Shown here: positions 1 through 11,700 of the stretch, one piece after another | How the letters are laid out: each line of letters starts with the position of its first letter | How positions within the stretch are numbered: position 1 is the stretch's first letter | Assembly: GCA_963922875.1 (NCBI GenBank) | Contig: CAWUJH010000002.1 | Coordinates: 198,938 to 222,937 of the forward strand | DNA length: 24,000 bases | From: an uncultured Ketobacter sp. | GTDB lineage: Bacteria > Pseudomonadota > Gammaproteobacteria > Pseudomonadales > Ketobacteraceae | Direction: 5' to 3' | Made by a program: the position numbers and the translations under genes | Notes under the pieces: model-generated | Databases searched by the model: none | Told to the model about the DNA's origin: nothing | Seen by the model: the letters and a program-made list of their open reading frames with translations, nothing else

Positions 1-68
1 TGAGCTACATCTCGTTCCGGTTTTAAATCGATTTCATCGACATCAATATTGGGTATCAATCTGGCCAT
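1..68 (-). CDS. Start of a gene running off the left edge; N-terminus MARLIPNIDVDEIDLKPERDVA..., possibly a NERD/UvrD-type nuclease-helicase
   Basis: Reverse complement of 66-68 is ATG, followed by 22 open codons to the window edge. It starts 10 bp after the stop of the upstream minus-strand gene (78-80), consistent with an operon. Family guess rests only on recalled resemblance of the first residues (MAR-IP...ERDVA) to NERD-domain proteins. Confidence 0.5.
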   Translation of the reverse strand, partial: MARLIPNIDVDEIDLKPERDVA

Positions 69-77
69 CTGAACCGC

Positions 78-3000
78 CTAATCCTTTATTTCTTCAGCAT
101 GGAGTGTGATTGAAGCCCAATCACCGTCCGGCAAATCGAATGAAACGTTGGCTTCCGGGTAACGTAGTTTCACACGAGTGGTTATGTTTCCGTTTTCATC
201 TTGTAATTCACTCCAACTCAATGTTCCCGCAAGTGTACCCTTGGGAAACTGTCCCTGTTGTACATCCGAAACGGACATCACCACGAACGTATTCTTTCCT
301 GGCTTTTGATCTTTCGACCTAGTTATGGTCAGCTGCTTGGATTGTCCATCGACTTCGATTTCGACGACCGTTTCAGATTCATATTTGCCTTTTGCGATAT
401 CGACCACTGAAACGAGTGATCCGGGAGCAGATGTCGGGGAATTTGTTCTTCTTCTAGCACTTCTTCCAGATCCTGCTGAATTTGCATCATTGTCGTTAGG
501 GATAACGACCCTGGGAGTCCAATTTGGACTATCCGCAAACTTCCTTGTATTCATGACGAGACGGACACCGGGTTCCACCTCCCGCATGGACATCGGCACG
601 GTGAAATCATCCCACGCTTGAACGCCGGGCGCCTTGATGAGGGCGACCATGGTGTCCTTATTGGGACCTTTCTTTTCATAACCCAGCAAGCGCCCACCTT
701 TTCTTACTTGTTCTGCCCACTCGTCTATTCGCGCTTTCAATTCCAGCTTTGCCAAGGCTTCGATATCCGAACGATCCGTGACGCTCCATGCTCGCTTGGT
801 CAGAATATCCATGGCCGTCTTGGCCTCTGGTTTGTCAACCTTATCCATCGACATGGCGCCAGTATTTGGATTGAACGGTTCGTTCTCCAAACGCATGAGG
901 CTCAACATCGTACCGGTGAGCCCACGGTCGATTGCTCGCGGCGAGAAGGGTGTAACCGATTGTGCTTCTACGTGTTTGTAGAAGGTTGCGTGGTAATGTT
1001 CGAAAGTTTCGTAATGCGATAGGTCTCGGGGACGAGCCCAAGTAAGCACCGTGCACACCAAACCAGGGAATTGTCGACCGACGCGGCTAGTGGCCTGGAT
1101 ATATTCGGCCGTACCTTTGGGTTGCCCATTGACGGCCATCAGCCCCAATCGATTCACGTCGACACCTACCGACAACATATTCGTAGCCAGCACCACATCA
1201 ATGGCTCGAATGTCGCCTTCTTGCCAGTCGGTCACGTATTTTCCTGTAGGAGCATCAAATCTCGCTTTGAAAGGCACTTCCAGCTGATCGAGATTCTTAG
1301 GGATATCACGATTGGAGATTCGTGAGGTCAACTCTTTGATATTCTGAACACTACGTTGAGCCAGCCCGGGGCGGTCGACCAAGCTCATCTGTACGCGGTA
1401 GGAACGTGTCTGCACGTCATCCTCCGCCAGTCGTTTCATTCCGCCCAGCTCTCGGAGTGAGTTGAAGTAACCCACCGTCGTCATGTAAGGATCGGCTGCC
1501 GGTCCGAAACGATCGAACAATCCCTGCGATGCTGTCAGGAATGCGGTATAGACCCGAATAAGCATGGCAGGGCGTGAACTACCCGGCGAACAGACACCAA
1601 GGTATCGTCGCCCAGGATGCTCTTGAATGGGACGTTGGACGGAGAAAAAGTTGTCCTCTACATCCAATCCGTGGGGTGGAAAGACGGAAACCTTGCGCAT
1701 GAAAACGCCATTGACCTGTTCCGCCGCTTTGCGCACTGTTGCAGTCGAGGCGATGATCTTTGGTTTGACCAGCTTGCCATCCAACTCCCAAGATGAAAGC
1801 TCGTCCACAGCCGTCTCATACAAACCAACCATGGTACCCAATGGCCCACTGATGAGATGGAATTCGTCCTGAATGATCAAATCGGGTGGGCGGATAGGCA
1901 TGATCTGCCGCACCTTGGTCGGAGCCAACCCTTTCAACGCACGATGGTTACCTTCGCACTCTGCACCGGGCCACAATAGACCGTGACGTGGACACTCCTT
2001 ATTAGCTCGACCAAATAGAGTTCTTACCTGGCCGCGCCAGGCCATCATGGCGAATTTGTCGACCGTCGCGATCATCATCGTTGGTGGGCGATGGTAGATT
2101 TCTTCGTCGACCACTTTCACCGGAATTCCGGGATGGGGCAAATTCGAGGTCTTGCCGCGCGAGAACTCGCAGTGGCTCTTCTTGTCACCACAGTAAATGA
2201 TGGTTTGACCTACCAGTTTGTTTACTTCGATATCTCGACCGGGCGCAACCTCACCTCCGCACCAAGGGCAACTGGTGAGTTGAGCAGGCGAAGTACTGCC
2301 GGCATCCCACTTGTCCGGGTCCCGGATATCTTGAATGGCCCGATGGCTATCGTCAGTCGTGCCTGGAGTAACCTTGTTACCCACCCACAGTCCAATAGTG
2401 AATGGCTCCTTGCCCAATGACTCGTCACCTTTGGCTAGCGCCTCCCGCCTTAAAACTTCCATTGCGCAAATCAGTGTCGTGGCACGCTGGAACTGCTGCA
2501 ACGTCAGCAACCTCAGCGTATAGCGCATGATCACGGACAGCCCGCGAGAGCTATCGTAGCCCCCCAAGTTTCCCTGCAACCTCCGTATGAACATGGTAAA
2601 TGCGGCAACGCCTAGATACGCTTCGGTCTTACCACCACCGGTGGGGAACCACAGCAAATCGGCATAGGCTTCTATGGGTTTGGTACGGTCCTTGTGATTC
2701 GGATCGGCCAACGAAGGGATCGACAACAGCATGAAAGCCAGCTGAAAAGGTCGCCAAGAACGATTCTTTCGTTCTTGAAAGTCCGACAACGTCTTGGATT
2801 GATTTCTGCGCTGAGAGAGTGCGTACAAGCTACGAATACGTTGATTCGCCATCGCCAGGTTCGCCGTACGGAAGGCTCTCAATGCGTTGTTATTTTCCGC
2901 GAGCACCTGAACGCCTTCCACCAAACGCTGGTGAATATCGGTACATTTATTCAGTGCCTCTTTGGCTTCCTGATCATGACCGGCGACATCCTTCCCGATA

Positions 3001-4637
3001 CGATCACGCTGCTCATTGATCCAAGCGTGATAATCGTCCGTTAATATCGACAAGGCTGAAACCAGTTCCCCTTTCGATAGATCCGCTAATACTTCCATGT
3101 CCAAGTAGCCTTTCTTGACCATTTCGCACATAGCCAAGCGATCAGGGCTATGGCTGTTGTTCTCCGGCCAATACTCGTTCCTGCTACCGGGAATATCGGT
3201 AATCGGCACCTCGTATTGCGGCATGATGGTAGTGCAAACCTCGGTCGCATACTCGACAGTTTCCGTATCGCTCACCGCGTGTACGGCTACACCATGGCCA
3301 ACCGCAAACTCCACCTTTTTACGGTAGACCATTTCCAGGGCTTTACGCTCGTGGTCATCGGAATCATCAAGTGCCAAAGGCCTGCGTCGGAAGATTGCCT
3401 TGTCTGTCGAGCCCTGGGCAGCTCGAATTCGAATCTCAGGCTGGAACAACCATGCAGTATCCTTGTTGGATTCCGGCTCTTCCTGGGCATTGACCAGGAA
3501 GAGTGTAATCAAGCGATCGCCATCGGCGTTTTTGGCCCGGACACTTCCTTGAATTCGGACTTCAGGATGCTCCTTGTCGGGAGCTTGGTGTGGTACGACC
3601 CCTTCCTTCATCGGCAGAGTAATGCGGCCACCACAGGAAATACGTTTCCAGACCTTGGGCTTCATCTCGGCTTCAACTGAGAACAGCTCATCACCCGCGG
3701 CGTTCTTCGTGCCCAGTGATACGCAGTTGACCCGTTCTAGCCCTTTCTTTTCTTGATAGGCTTCGACTTCCTGCTTGGTCATCTTGCGTTTTATGGGTTT
3801 GGAATGCTCGTGGTCATAGAGCCGCTCATAGCGACCCCATAGCGCTTCGACTTCAATAGCCTCGACGTCCCCGCTTACACAGAACGTGATGCCCATACTG
3901 GATGGAATCAAAGACTGATTACTGGCAGCATCGATCTCATCTGCACTATCAGACTCAGCCTCGACCTTGCCCGTAGTGGAGTTGAACTCTGCTCCCGGTT
4001 CATGACTCAAGCGATTTGGCACGTTCTTGTCATGAGTATCAATGGACTCATCTGGTTCTTCGCCTTCCTCATTGGCAAGAGGGCCTTCTAACCCTTCAAT
4101 CGAGCCGTCTTTCCTGCTGTCGCGGGGGGCCAACTTCCCAACCAAATAGCGGTCACGAACACTCATATCGACGATCTCTTCGTAAGGACCATTGGCTGGG
4201 CCTAGAAGATCGTCTACCACCGCAAGTTGCAACAGTTCTCTTATGTAAGCCTGATCATTGATCAATGGCACATCGGCAATGGTCTTGCCCGAAAGTTTCG
4301 GCAAGTTCTCAAGGAAGTCAGTCCACTGAATTCTGGATATCCGGCCACTTGGTGCAGACAGTGGTGTTTCAAATAGTGATGAAGGTGCGTCAAAGGAAAG
4401 GTATTTATCGAAATAGACGGTGGTGCTATCGAGAGATGAACGGATTCGATAGACTCGACCTACACCAATAGCTTCGGCAGAATCGTTTAGAGCCAAGATC
4501 CAATCATTTTCTCGAATGGCCTGATATTTCGTGACTTCACCAGCAAGCGAGAGGGAATAGTGCTCGAAAGGCAAGCCTAACGAAGTTTTTGAAGTAACTG
4601 CGACCCACGCATTGTTGGTCTCCATGCTATTGTTCAT
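78..4637 (-). CDS. drmA: DISARM DrmA-like superfamily 2 helicase (1519 aa)
   Basis: N-terminal DLLGPANGPYEEIVDMSVRDRYLVGKLAPR; Walker A LWFPTGGGKTEAYLG; DExH motif LIIQDEFHLISGPLG; STAT motif IIASTATVRKA; motif VI-like QATSRVGRQFPGLVCTVLTWARPRDLSHYETFEHYHATFYKHVEAQSVTPFSPRAIDRGL. Context: directly downstream of DrmMI-like and DrmD-like genes. Confidence 0.82.
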   Translation of the reverse strand: MNNSMETNNAWVAVTSKTSLGLPFEHYSLSLAGEVTKYQAIRENDWILALNDSAEAIGVGRVYRIRSSLDSTTVYFDKYLSFDAPSSLFETPLSAPSGRISRIQWTDFLENLPKLSGKTIADVPLINDQAYIRELLQLAVVDDLLGPANGPYEEIVDMSVRDRYLVGKLAPRDSRKDGSIEGLEGPLANEEGEEPDESIDTHDKNVPNRLSHEPGAEFNSTTGKVEAESDSADEIDAASNQSLIPSSMGITFCVSGDVEAIEVEALWGRYERLYDHEHSKPIKRKMTKQEVEAYQEKKGLERVNCVSLGTKNAAGDELFSVEAEMKPKVWKRISCGGRITLPMKEGVVPHQAPDKEHPEVRIQGSVRAKNADGDRLITLFLVNAQEEPESNKDTAWLFQPEIRIRAAQGSTDKAIFRRRPLALDDSDDHERKALEMVYRKKVEFAVGHGVAVHAVSDTETVEYATEVCTTIMPQYEVPITDIPGSRNEYWPENNSHSPDRLAMCEMVKKGYLDMEVLADLSKGELVSALSILTDDYHAWINEQRDRIGKDVAGHDQEAKEALNKCTDIHQRLVEGVQVLAENNNALRAFRTANLAMANQRIRSLYALSQRRNQSKTLSDFQERKNRSWRPFQLAFMLLSIPSLADPNHKDRTKPIEAYADLLWFPTGGGKTEAYLGVAAFTMFIRRLQGNLGGYDSSRGLSVIMRYTLRLLTLQQFQRATTLICAMEVLRREALAKGDESLGKEPFTIGLWVGNKVTPGTTDDSHRAIQDIRDPDKWDAGSTSPAQLTSCPWCGGEVAPGRDIEVNKLVGQTIIYCGDKKSHCEFSRGKTSNLPHPGIPVKVVDEEIYHRPPTMMIATVDKFAMMAWRGQVRTLFGRANKECPRHGLLWPGAECEGNHRALKGLAPTKVRQIMPIRPPDLIIQDEFHLISGPLGTMVGLYETAVDELSSWELDGKLVKPKIIASTATVRKAAEQVNGVFMRKVSVFPPHGLDVEDNFFSVQRPIQEHPGRRYLGVCSPGSSRPAMLIRVYTAFLTASQGLFDRFGPAADPYMTTVGYFNSLRELGGMKRLAEDDVQTRSYRVQMSLVDRPGLAQRSVQNIKELTSRISNRDIPKNLDQLEVPFKARFDAPTGKYVTDWQEGDIRAIDVVLATNMLSVGVDVNRLGLMAVNGQPKGTAEYIQATSRVGRQFPGLVCTVLTWARPRDLSHYETFEHYHATFYKHVEAQSVTPFSPRAIDRGLTGTMLSLMRLENEPFNPNTGAMSMDKVDKPEAKTAMDILTKRAWSVTDRSDIEALAKLELKARIDEWAEQVRKGGRLLGYEKKGPNKDTMVALIKAPGVQAWDDFTVPMSMREVEPGVRLVMNTRKFADSPNWTPRVVIPNDNDANSAGSGRSARRRTNSPTSAPGSLVSVVDIAKGKYESETVVEIEVDGQSKQLTITRSKDQKPGKNTFVVMSVSDVQQGQFPKGTLAGTLSWSELQDENGNITTRVKLRYPEANVSFDLPDGDWASITLHAEEIKD

Positions 4638-7600
4638 TCTTCTTCCTGTCCGAAGATATCCATTTGCGGTGTTGGTTCAGTAACCTTATTCAACGCCATA
4701 TCTCTCGATTGTCGTTTGTGGTGCTGAGTGATTGCAGTTACGTTGCCCTTTTCAGATTTATTAGATATTTCTGCTTCATGTCGTTCTTTGTTGAGCATTG
4801 CCAAACGATGCAGCAATTCCATCCTGGCGCACTCACTTATTGTATAACGAGTATTTTGCCCCTCAGGAAGATATCCCACCTGATGAAATCCATGCTCAAG
4901 TCTTATATCCTGCCATTCATAAGCTCTTAAAAGTTCAGAATCTATCAGTTCACTTATGTTGCGAAGTTTTACTACCGTATCATCGTGACATTCCTGGCCA
5001 TGAAAAAAGTTATAAAACGTAGTCAATCCGACTTGGTTGGTTTCCATATATTTTTCGCGTAATGAATGGAATTCCCAAGCAGATCGTTCTACCGATGAAC
5101 TATATTTAGGGAAAGGGAATGTCTCGAATGTGTCGCTTAGGCTGTAGCGTAAATCATTTTTTAATTTTGATGAATATTGCCACGCATAAATGCAATGGAG
5201 ACTTGACTGTAAAACACCAAAACTCCAATAGTCATCAAGAACAAAAACGACAGTAGCATCCGAGAAAATAATGCCACTATCCACCATGCAAAAAGCCAAC
5301 GCCTTGCCATGCCTGCTCAACGCAATCACTTTATTTTTGGATGGCAATTCAATTCCTGGGTAGGTGCCAATAGCTTTGTATAGGTCTATTGTCGGCCTTT
5401 TATAAATCCACCATTTATTTCGTAATGCTGTAATTTTTTGAGTGTTTCTATACGGCTTAACCTGATCTAATATTTTTTGATAAGCACTTCCATACTTGGA
5501 TGCTTGATCAAGTGTCCAATCCCAGAAATTGATAACTCTTCTAGAAGGAGATTGCGTTGGGCTAGAGTTGAGATCCTTTCCGTTCAGAAACGGAAATATT
5601 ACATCCTTCGAATCTTGATAATTATCAATCTCGGACTCATCTACCAAGAAGCCGTCCCCTAATAAACACGAGCCGTTATATGCAATTCCTATATTACTTT
5701 TCAATCTCTTTGGAACCCATGACTCACCGGTTGTCAAAAAAGATGTTATTTGGTGTACATCTTTTTCAAAAATCTGCCTTGCACCACTCCATGCTCCTTT
5801 GAATAAATGAACTCTGCTAGTGACTACAGCTGCTTTTCCTGGCCAGCTTTCGTTGGGGTGACAGCTATATATTTCCCCTCCTGAAGACAAAATTCTTTCA
5901 AGTCCAACTCTTCGAGTATCTCCTTCAGATATCGTGTTTACTGACAAAAGACCTAAACAGGATTCATCACCAAGAACCGAAAAAGCGCGTAGGAAAAAGT
6001 AGGCAACGAAATCTGCTAGGCCTCGATCATTAGCCCCAACCTGAAGAACAAGGTACTCTCGATAATTTCCTCCAAAGCTTCCCGATATTTTTGATCCACC
6101 AACGAAAGGGGGATTTCCAACAACTGCATCAAATCCGTATTTTTTTCCTTCAAATACCTCTGGAAACTCCAAGCACCAATGGAATGGTTTTCGATTCTGC
6201 TTGCCCTTCGGCAAATCAGTATTCAAACCATCAGTAGCGAGAAGTCTTAAATACTTAACCGCATCTGAATCGCCCTCAAATACTCGGCCAGATTCGACCG
6301 ATAATATGGTGACGTCAGCCTTCTTCCCCCCAGCTTTAAGGGTCTCTCCAACCAAAGCATCTGCAACTAATTCCGGCAGCTCTAATTTCTCACGGGCTTT
6401 TTGATCCAAGTGAGCCATTATTTCGACATCATGAATATCCAAAATCGGCCGCTTTCGTAATTCCAGACGGAGTTCTATCGCCTCCTTGACTGACTCCTCA
6501 ATTTCTTGAGCAAAGAGCTTCTTCTCACTACCTTTGCCAACGTTCATATCCAGATAATACAGTTGTTCCAGATTGGTAATCCCGAGCAAGCTGTCACCAT
6601 GACGAAGGTTGTGATCCAGGAAGCCAAAGGGGCGGCCTTTAGCCAAGGTAATCAACCAGATCGAAAGCTTCGCCAATTCGACAGCGAGTGGATTGATGTC
6701 CACCCCATATAGGCAGCGCTCACTAATCAGGCGTCGCGCAGCTACCGAACGTTCTTCAGCATCGCCAGCCATTGGTTCTTGATTGGTAATGTTATCGACG
6801 ACGATTCCTTCGCCAGTGATGAACTTGCCTAGAGATTCGGCTTGAGACCAACTTTCTAACAATCTTTCCGATAACCAGCGGCAAACCTGAACCAAAAATG
6901 CACCCGAGCCCATGGCCAGATCGCAAATCTTGAGATCCAGCAGCTCTTCCGGAGTCTTCAGTTTCCAATCCTTGCGTTCCGCACCTTCGGCGGGACCCAC
7001 ATAGACGATCGGTTCCAGCGTCTCCTTGACGATGGATTCCGTCAGGGATTTAGGCGTGTAGTGGGTACCTGTTTCTCGACGATCGGAACCCGTTGCCACC
7101 ATGAAAGCACCCTTGGGGTATATCAGCGGGTAACCCCAGGGGTCGATTCGTAGAAAGTGATAGTAGGGAGCCAACCTATCGCGCAGGGCTTGGTCGCCCA
7201 AGCAAACGACCAACAGCTTTTCTTTGTTGGCATCGCTAACGACTTTATCGAGATCATTATTGATGCGAGAAGTGGAGCTGCCCGTTCGCTCTTCCAGAAG
7301 CGTTTTTACTGCCTTCTCACCACTCAGGCGCGCGTCTTCCAATTCACCCCAAGTCACCCAGGGTTTCTTTGATTTCTTGGTAGCTTCCAATTCCAGCGTG
7401 ACGTCCTTGGCACGAACTACGGTTCGCTCCAACAAACCTTCATAGACGTAGCCAATTTGCTCTACATCCAGTGCCCGATAGGACAGTGTCCTCCCCTGAA
7501 ATAGTTGAATAGCATCTAGCAGTAACAGAACTGTGCGGTTGTCGATTGGTAACGGTTGCGCGGGATCGTAACGCCAGTTCGAATCTTTTGTGCGCCCTTC

Positions 7601-8722
7601 AAGAAAGGGGAATCGATCGGGGTCGAACAGAGAGCCCCCCAGCGCTGGCATGCGCAGCGTTTCATGGTCCACGCCGCCATACACGGCGCGGAATATCGCG
7701 AGTAGGCGCGACCAAGCGTCACGGCGATGGGATAGGATTTCTTCCGAGTGCAAGCCTGCTTGCTCACGCAATTGCATTCGCAAGCTCGAAACGGCGTAGT
7801 AGGCTTCGTAGCGTTCATCACCCAATAGCAACAAACCGCGCTCTTCGGCACTCAACAAAAATACGAGACGCATCATCACCGTCAAACCGGCCTCGTAGAG
7901 TTCGGCGGATTCTACGTCTTTGAGTAACTCACGTTCACGATCCTGGTCTGCTTTGTCCAGAGCCTGAACCAGCACTTCGACTGCACGCCTGACTTGATCG
8001 CCAAGGGCATCGGTGACTTCATCCTGATGCTTGAGGGACTCATCCAGCAAGGCAGGTAATTGCTGGCTTGAATCCAGGAAAAAGCGGCGAATTCCCAATA
8101 GATTGATGAAGGCCTGTAACGTGACCGGTTCCTGCCCCCATAAGCGGGCATACCAACTGGCATAGGTAGTGACGCCGCCCTCGGGTGCATCGATCAGCAT
8201 CCAGCGTTCACCGTTGGTGAGCAGCCCCAGTCGCACCTTCGTGGCTCGACAGAGTTGGAGCATTCTCTCCACAGGGCTCGCAGCCCATCCATCTGACTTG
8301 TTAATAGTCTCGAGATCAATGCCAGCAGGCAACGTTTTAATCAGCAAGCTAGGCGGATGATCACTACCGGTGACTACGGCATAGTCCGGTTTGATCACGA
8401 CGCCATGCTCTGGGGCTTCGAATGAGACTCCATCAATGCTGTTCGCCGGTTTCAGTACATCCTCATCGTCGTCTTCATCCAGCTCCAGACCTTGCTTGAG
8501 AACCAAATCAATCCAGGCCGCATGTAGCTCTGAAAACGAAGGATCGGCATCGTCTTGGGCTTCCCGCCATTCTTCATAAGCCTGGCGTAATAGCTTTTTC
8601 TTGGCTGGATTCAGTTCGTCCAGACCTTGAGGAAAGTGCGACTCCAGAACGGTCTCGGCGAGAAAGGGACCTGAGATTTCCAGAAGTGATAGCCATTCAC
8701 CGTGAGTCTTCTTATCGTACAT
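4634..8722 (-). CDS. drmMI: Large N6-adenine DNA methyltransferase, DISARM DrmMI / Eco57I-PglX-like (1362 aa)
   Basis: SAM-binding motif I DLAMGSGAFLVQVCRW; catalytic motif IV AVVGNPPFVGGSKISG preceded by FPEVFEG; large N- and C-terminal extensions. Overlaps the drmA-like start by 4 bp (translational coupling). Confidence 0.85.
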   Translation of the reverse strand: MYDKKTHGEWLSLLEISGPFLAETVLESHFPQGLDELNPAKKKLLRQAYEEWREAQDDADPSFSELHAAWIDLVLKQGLELDEDDDEDVLKPANSIDGVSFEAPEHGVVIKPDYAVVTGSDHPPSLLIKTLPAGIDLETINKSDGWAASPVERMLQLCRATKVRLGLLTNGERWMLIDAPEGGVTTYASWYARLWGQEPVTLQAFINLLGIRRFFLDSSQQLPALLDESLKHQDEVTDALGDQVRRAVEVLVQALDKADQDRERELLKDVESAELYEAGLTVMMRLVFLLSAEERGLLLLGDERYEAYYAVSSLRMQLREQAGLHSEEILSHRRDAWSRLLAIFRAVYGGVDHETLRMPALGGSLFDPDRFPFLEGRTKDSNWRYDPAQPLPIDNRTVLLLLDAIQLFQGRTLSYRALDVEQIGYVYEGLLERTVVRAKDVTLELEATKKSKKPWVTWGELEDARLSGEKAVKTLLEERTGSSTSRINNDLDKVVSDANKEKLLVVCLGDQALRDRLAPYYHFLRIDPWGYPLIYPKGAFMVATGSDRRETGTHYTPKSLTESIVKETLEPIVYVGPAEGAERKDWKLKTPEELLDLKICDLAMGSGAFLVQVCRWLSERLLESWSQAESLGKFITGEGIVVDNITNQEPMAGDAEERSVAARRLISERCLYGVDINPLAVELAKLSIWLITLAKGRPFGFLDHNLRHGDSLLGITNLEQLYYLDMNVGKGSEKKLFAQEIEESVKEAIELRLELRKRPILDIHDVEIMAHLDQKAREKLELPELVADALVGETLKAGGKKADVTILSVESGRVFEGDSDAVKYLRLLATDGLNTDLPKGKQNRKPFHWCLEFPEVFEGKKYGFDAVVGNPPFVGGSKISGSFGGNYREYLVLQVGANDRGLADFVAYFFLRAFSVLGDESCLGLLSVNTISEGDTRRVGLERILSSGGEIYSCHPNESWPGKAAVVTSRVHLFKGAWSGARQIFEKDVHQITSFLTTGESWVPKRLKSNIGIAYNGSCLLGDGFLVDESEIDNYQDSKDVIFPFLNGKDLNSSPTQSPSRRVINFWDWTLDQASKYGSAYQKILDQVKPYRNTQKITALRNKWWIYKRPTIDLYKAIGTYPGIELPSKNKVIALSRHGKALAFCMVDSGIIFSDATVVFVLDDYWSFGVLQSSLHCIYAWQYSSKLKNDLRYSLSDTFETFPFPKYSSSVERSAWEFHSLREKYMETNQVGLTTFYNFFHGQECHDDTVVKLRNISELIDSELLRAYEWQDIRLEHGFHQVGYLPEGQNTRYTISECARMELLHRLAMLNKERHEAEISNKSEKGNVTAITQHHKRQSRDMALNKVTEPTPQMDIFGQEEE

Positions 8723-8727
8723 CGTGA

Positions 8728-11700
8728 TTACTCCGGCTGTGCGCTGAGTGATTGCGGAACGAGAATGATCGCAGCCACAGGAAAGGCGTGTTGGCTGGGG
8801 TCGCTGAATCGCATGGCGATGGCTTCGATTTCGCTTTCACGTTCTTTGGGAATGCGGGCCAACCGTGCTTCCAGCGCTTGGTTATCACGCTTGAGCTGCG
8901 TACGCTCTACCTCGTTGAGGTCTTCGAATACGAATCCCAGCTGCTCCGGCTGCCTCTCGAATTCCAACTCATGTCGAATGGTCTTTTCGAGTTCATTGAG
9001 GACATCATTGATGTCCTTTGATTCTTTCTCTTGTTGAATACGTAGAGTGTTCGCCAAGGTCTTCAAACGCTCGTTGGCCCGGCTGGACACAGCGGATTTG
9101 ATGGCTTCGAGATGCCGATCGAATCGTGTCGCAAGGGCGACCGTCGTGGGTTCATCGACATTACAAGGCGCGGATTCCTCTAACCACCGGCGCACTTCTC
9201 CTACACGTGTTTCACGTTTAAAGGAGGTGTCGCTGAGAAGGCCTCCTGACTCTATCAACTCTTCGTGAAGTCGATGATGTTTCCCACCGGTGATCACCAG
9301 CCGAGAAACGACCACCAAGGCTGGACCTTCCAATTGATCATCGGGCAGTGCTTTTACGCTGACCCGGTGTAATTTTTTGACATCTTCCTGAGCCCAAACC
9401 TCTGCCCGTAATAGTCGTAAGCACATCTGCACCAAACGATGATTCATGTGGACCAGCACGATTTCGTCTCTACCTTTGGCCACCTGGTGGTCAAAGGTGA
9501 TCGGTCTTATTTGGTGAGTATGTGGATGTTCCAGACCTTCGGCACATCGCGCCCATGAGCCTGTCAATGCGGGCATCTGATAAATAGTGACCGACGGCGT
9601 GTCGGGCAATTCGATCGGCTTCAGGGGAGGCTTTCCAGCAAGCAATAGAGCAGTATCGACAGCCGCTTTTATACGCTCTGGTGTAAGATGGAAGTCCTCT
9701 TGCGTTTCCAATAATCGACTGTGCAGCCTTTCGATCCTTTCCCTCAAACGGGCATCGGCACGCATGTACCGTTTGGCAGAAGCCATCTTTTGCTCTGCCA
9801 CGGCTGTTTCCAATTCGGTTCTGGTGCCTTCCAGCACCTGGGAGATTTGTGGCTCAATGAGCGCATTAACGCTCCCCAGGTCCTGGCGCATGGAATCGAT
9901 CTTGCGGAGCGCGCGCAATATGTCATCGGCATGGCCACCAATCGCGCCCTTGGACGTATCGGCATCGACCGGATGCCAAATGAAAACTTCTTTCTCGCGC
10001 TGGCCATGACGATCGATACGGCCATTGCGCTGTTCCATGACGTTGGGGTTATAGGGTATTTCAAGGTGGATGAGATAATTACAGTAGTTCTGTAAATCGA
10101 TACCCTCAGAAGCTGCGTCGGTGGCCAATAATATGCGGACATTGGATTGGGTTGGGTGCGCTTGGAAAGCGGCTTTTATGCGCTCTCGGTCCTGATGATC
10201 AATACCGCCATGTAAGATGGCCAAGCGCTCTCCACCATAATCGTGGGTAGCCAGGATTTTATGGAGCCAATCTAGGGTCGTTCTGTATTCAGTAAATAGA
10301 ATGACACGCTTGCCGTTCCAATCGCCATTTTCTTTGAGGTGTGACTCCAACCAATTCAGTATGGCCTTGGCCTTACTATCTACTTGGTTCATGGCACTTT
10401 GCGCCCAGTCACGCATGGGAACCAAGAGCGCGCGTTGTTCATCCGTCAAAGGCGGCACACGGCGACTTGCTTCTTCAACCGCTTCGGTTTGAGCCGATTC
10501 ATAACCGATGTCATCGCGATAATCTTCTTCCGTCTTGGCGATCAATTTCCGCAGAATCCGATCATCTATATCGCTCTTTTTCTTGCTATAGCCCTTGTGG
10601 ATATTTTCTACGTGTCTTTCAAGTGTCGACGCAAAGGCTGCCGGTGAGGAAAACAGACGCTTCTTGAGCAGATTATTGATGAATTTGGTACCAAACTGAG
10701 CTTGTCCATCTTCGGCAGATTCCAACCTGGATAGGGCATAAGCCTCAAGTTGTTTATGGATCTGTCGCTCTGCATCCGTATAGTCGATCTTCAGTGCTTG
10801 CAGGCTTCGCTTCGGATAAAGGGGATTGCCATCTTTGTCGACAAGATCACTCTTCAACCGCCTGATCATGACCTGAGCGAGCTGAGCCTCATCGGGAAGA
10901 ATGTTTCGGGCGAAGCGTTGGTCGTCCAGCAGTTCAAGTAAGGAAGTAAAAGATTCGGTATACCCATTGTGTGGCGTTGCCGTCAGGAAGAGGCGGTGCT
11001 GAAAATGCGGCGACAGTGTGCGAATCAGTTTCGTACGCTGGCTTTCGACGGCATAACTTCCAGACCCAGACGGCGCTATATTGTGTGCTTCATCCACCAC
11101 CAACACATCGAATTTTCTTGGGTAGGTGGGATAGACCGGCAATATGTCGCGCATGAGGCGCAGCCCTTCGCCACTCTTCATCCAATCCATAGAAGTAATC
11201 AATCGGGGAAACGATGTCCAAGGATTAACGTGAATTCCCCGTTCGCGGCGCAATTTCTTGACGTAGTCCGTATCGACAACCTTGAACTCAAGCCCGAATT
11301 TCTCGAGCATTTCGCCGCGCCACTTCTCTTGCAAGGACGCGGGGCAAACAACCAATACACTACGTGCTCTATGTCGCAGCAAGAGTTCTTGAATCACTAG
11401 ACCTGCTTCGATGGTTTTGCCAAGACCAACATCATCCGCAATAAGGAGATTGGCTCGTGCTAGATCAATAGCCCGCACCAGAGGATCAAGCTGAAAGTCT
11501 TCTATGCTAACACCGCTTCTGAAGGGAGCCTGTAGAAAGCCGCGGTCGGCATTGGTTGCGGCGCCCCACCGGACGGCATCAAGGAAAGCTTCGAGACGCT
11601 TCGATTCGTCGAACCCCGTTATTGAGGGAAGCCCTTTGTTTTCGATGACATGGGCACCAGGCTCGATTTCCCAAACCACTTCAAGCTCTTCGCCGAGTCC

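Noticed and set aside
3150-3680. 176-aa plus-strand ORF antisense to the drmA-like gene (and other antisense ORFs such as 2091-2420, 618-1022, 7546-7923, 9587-10009, 11650-12213)
   Set aside because: These are shadow ORFs on the opposite strand of long, motif-verified genes. No recognisable domain or expression-signal support.
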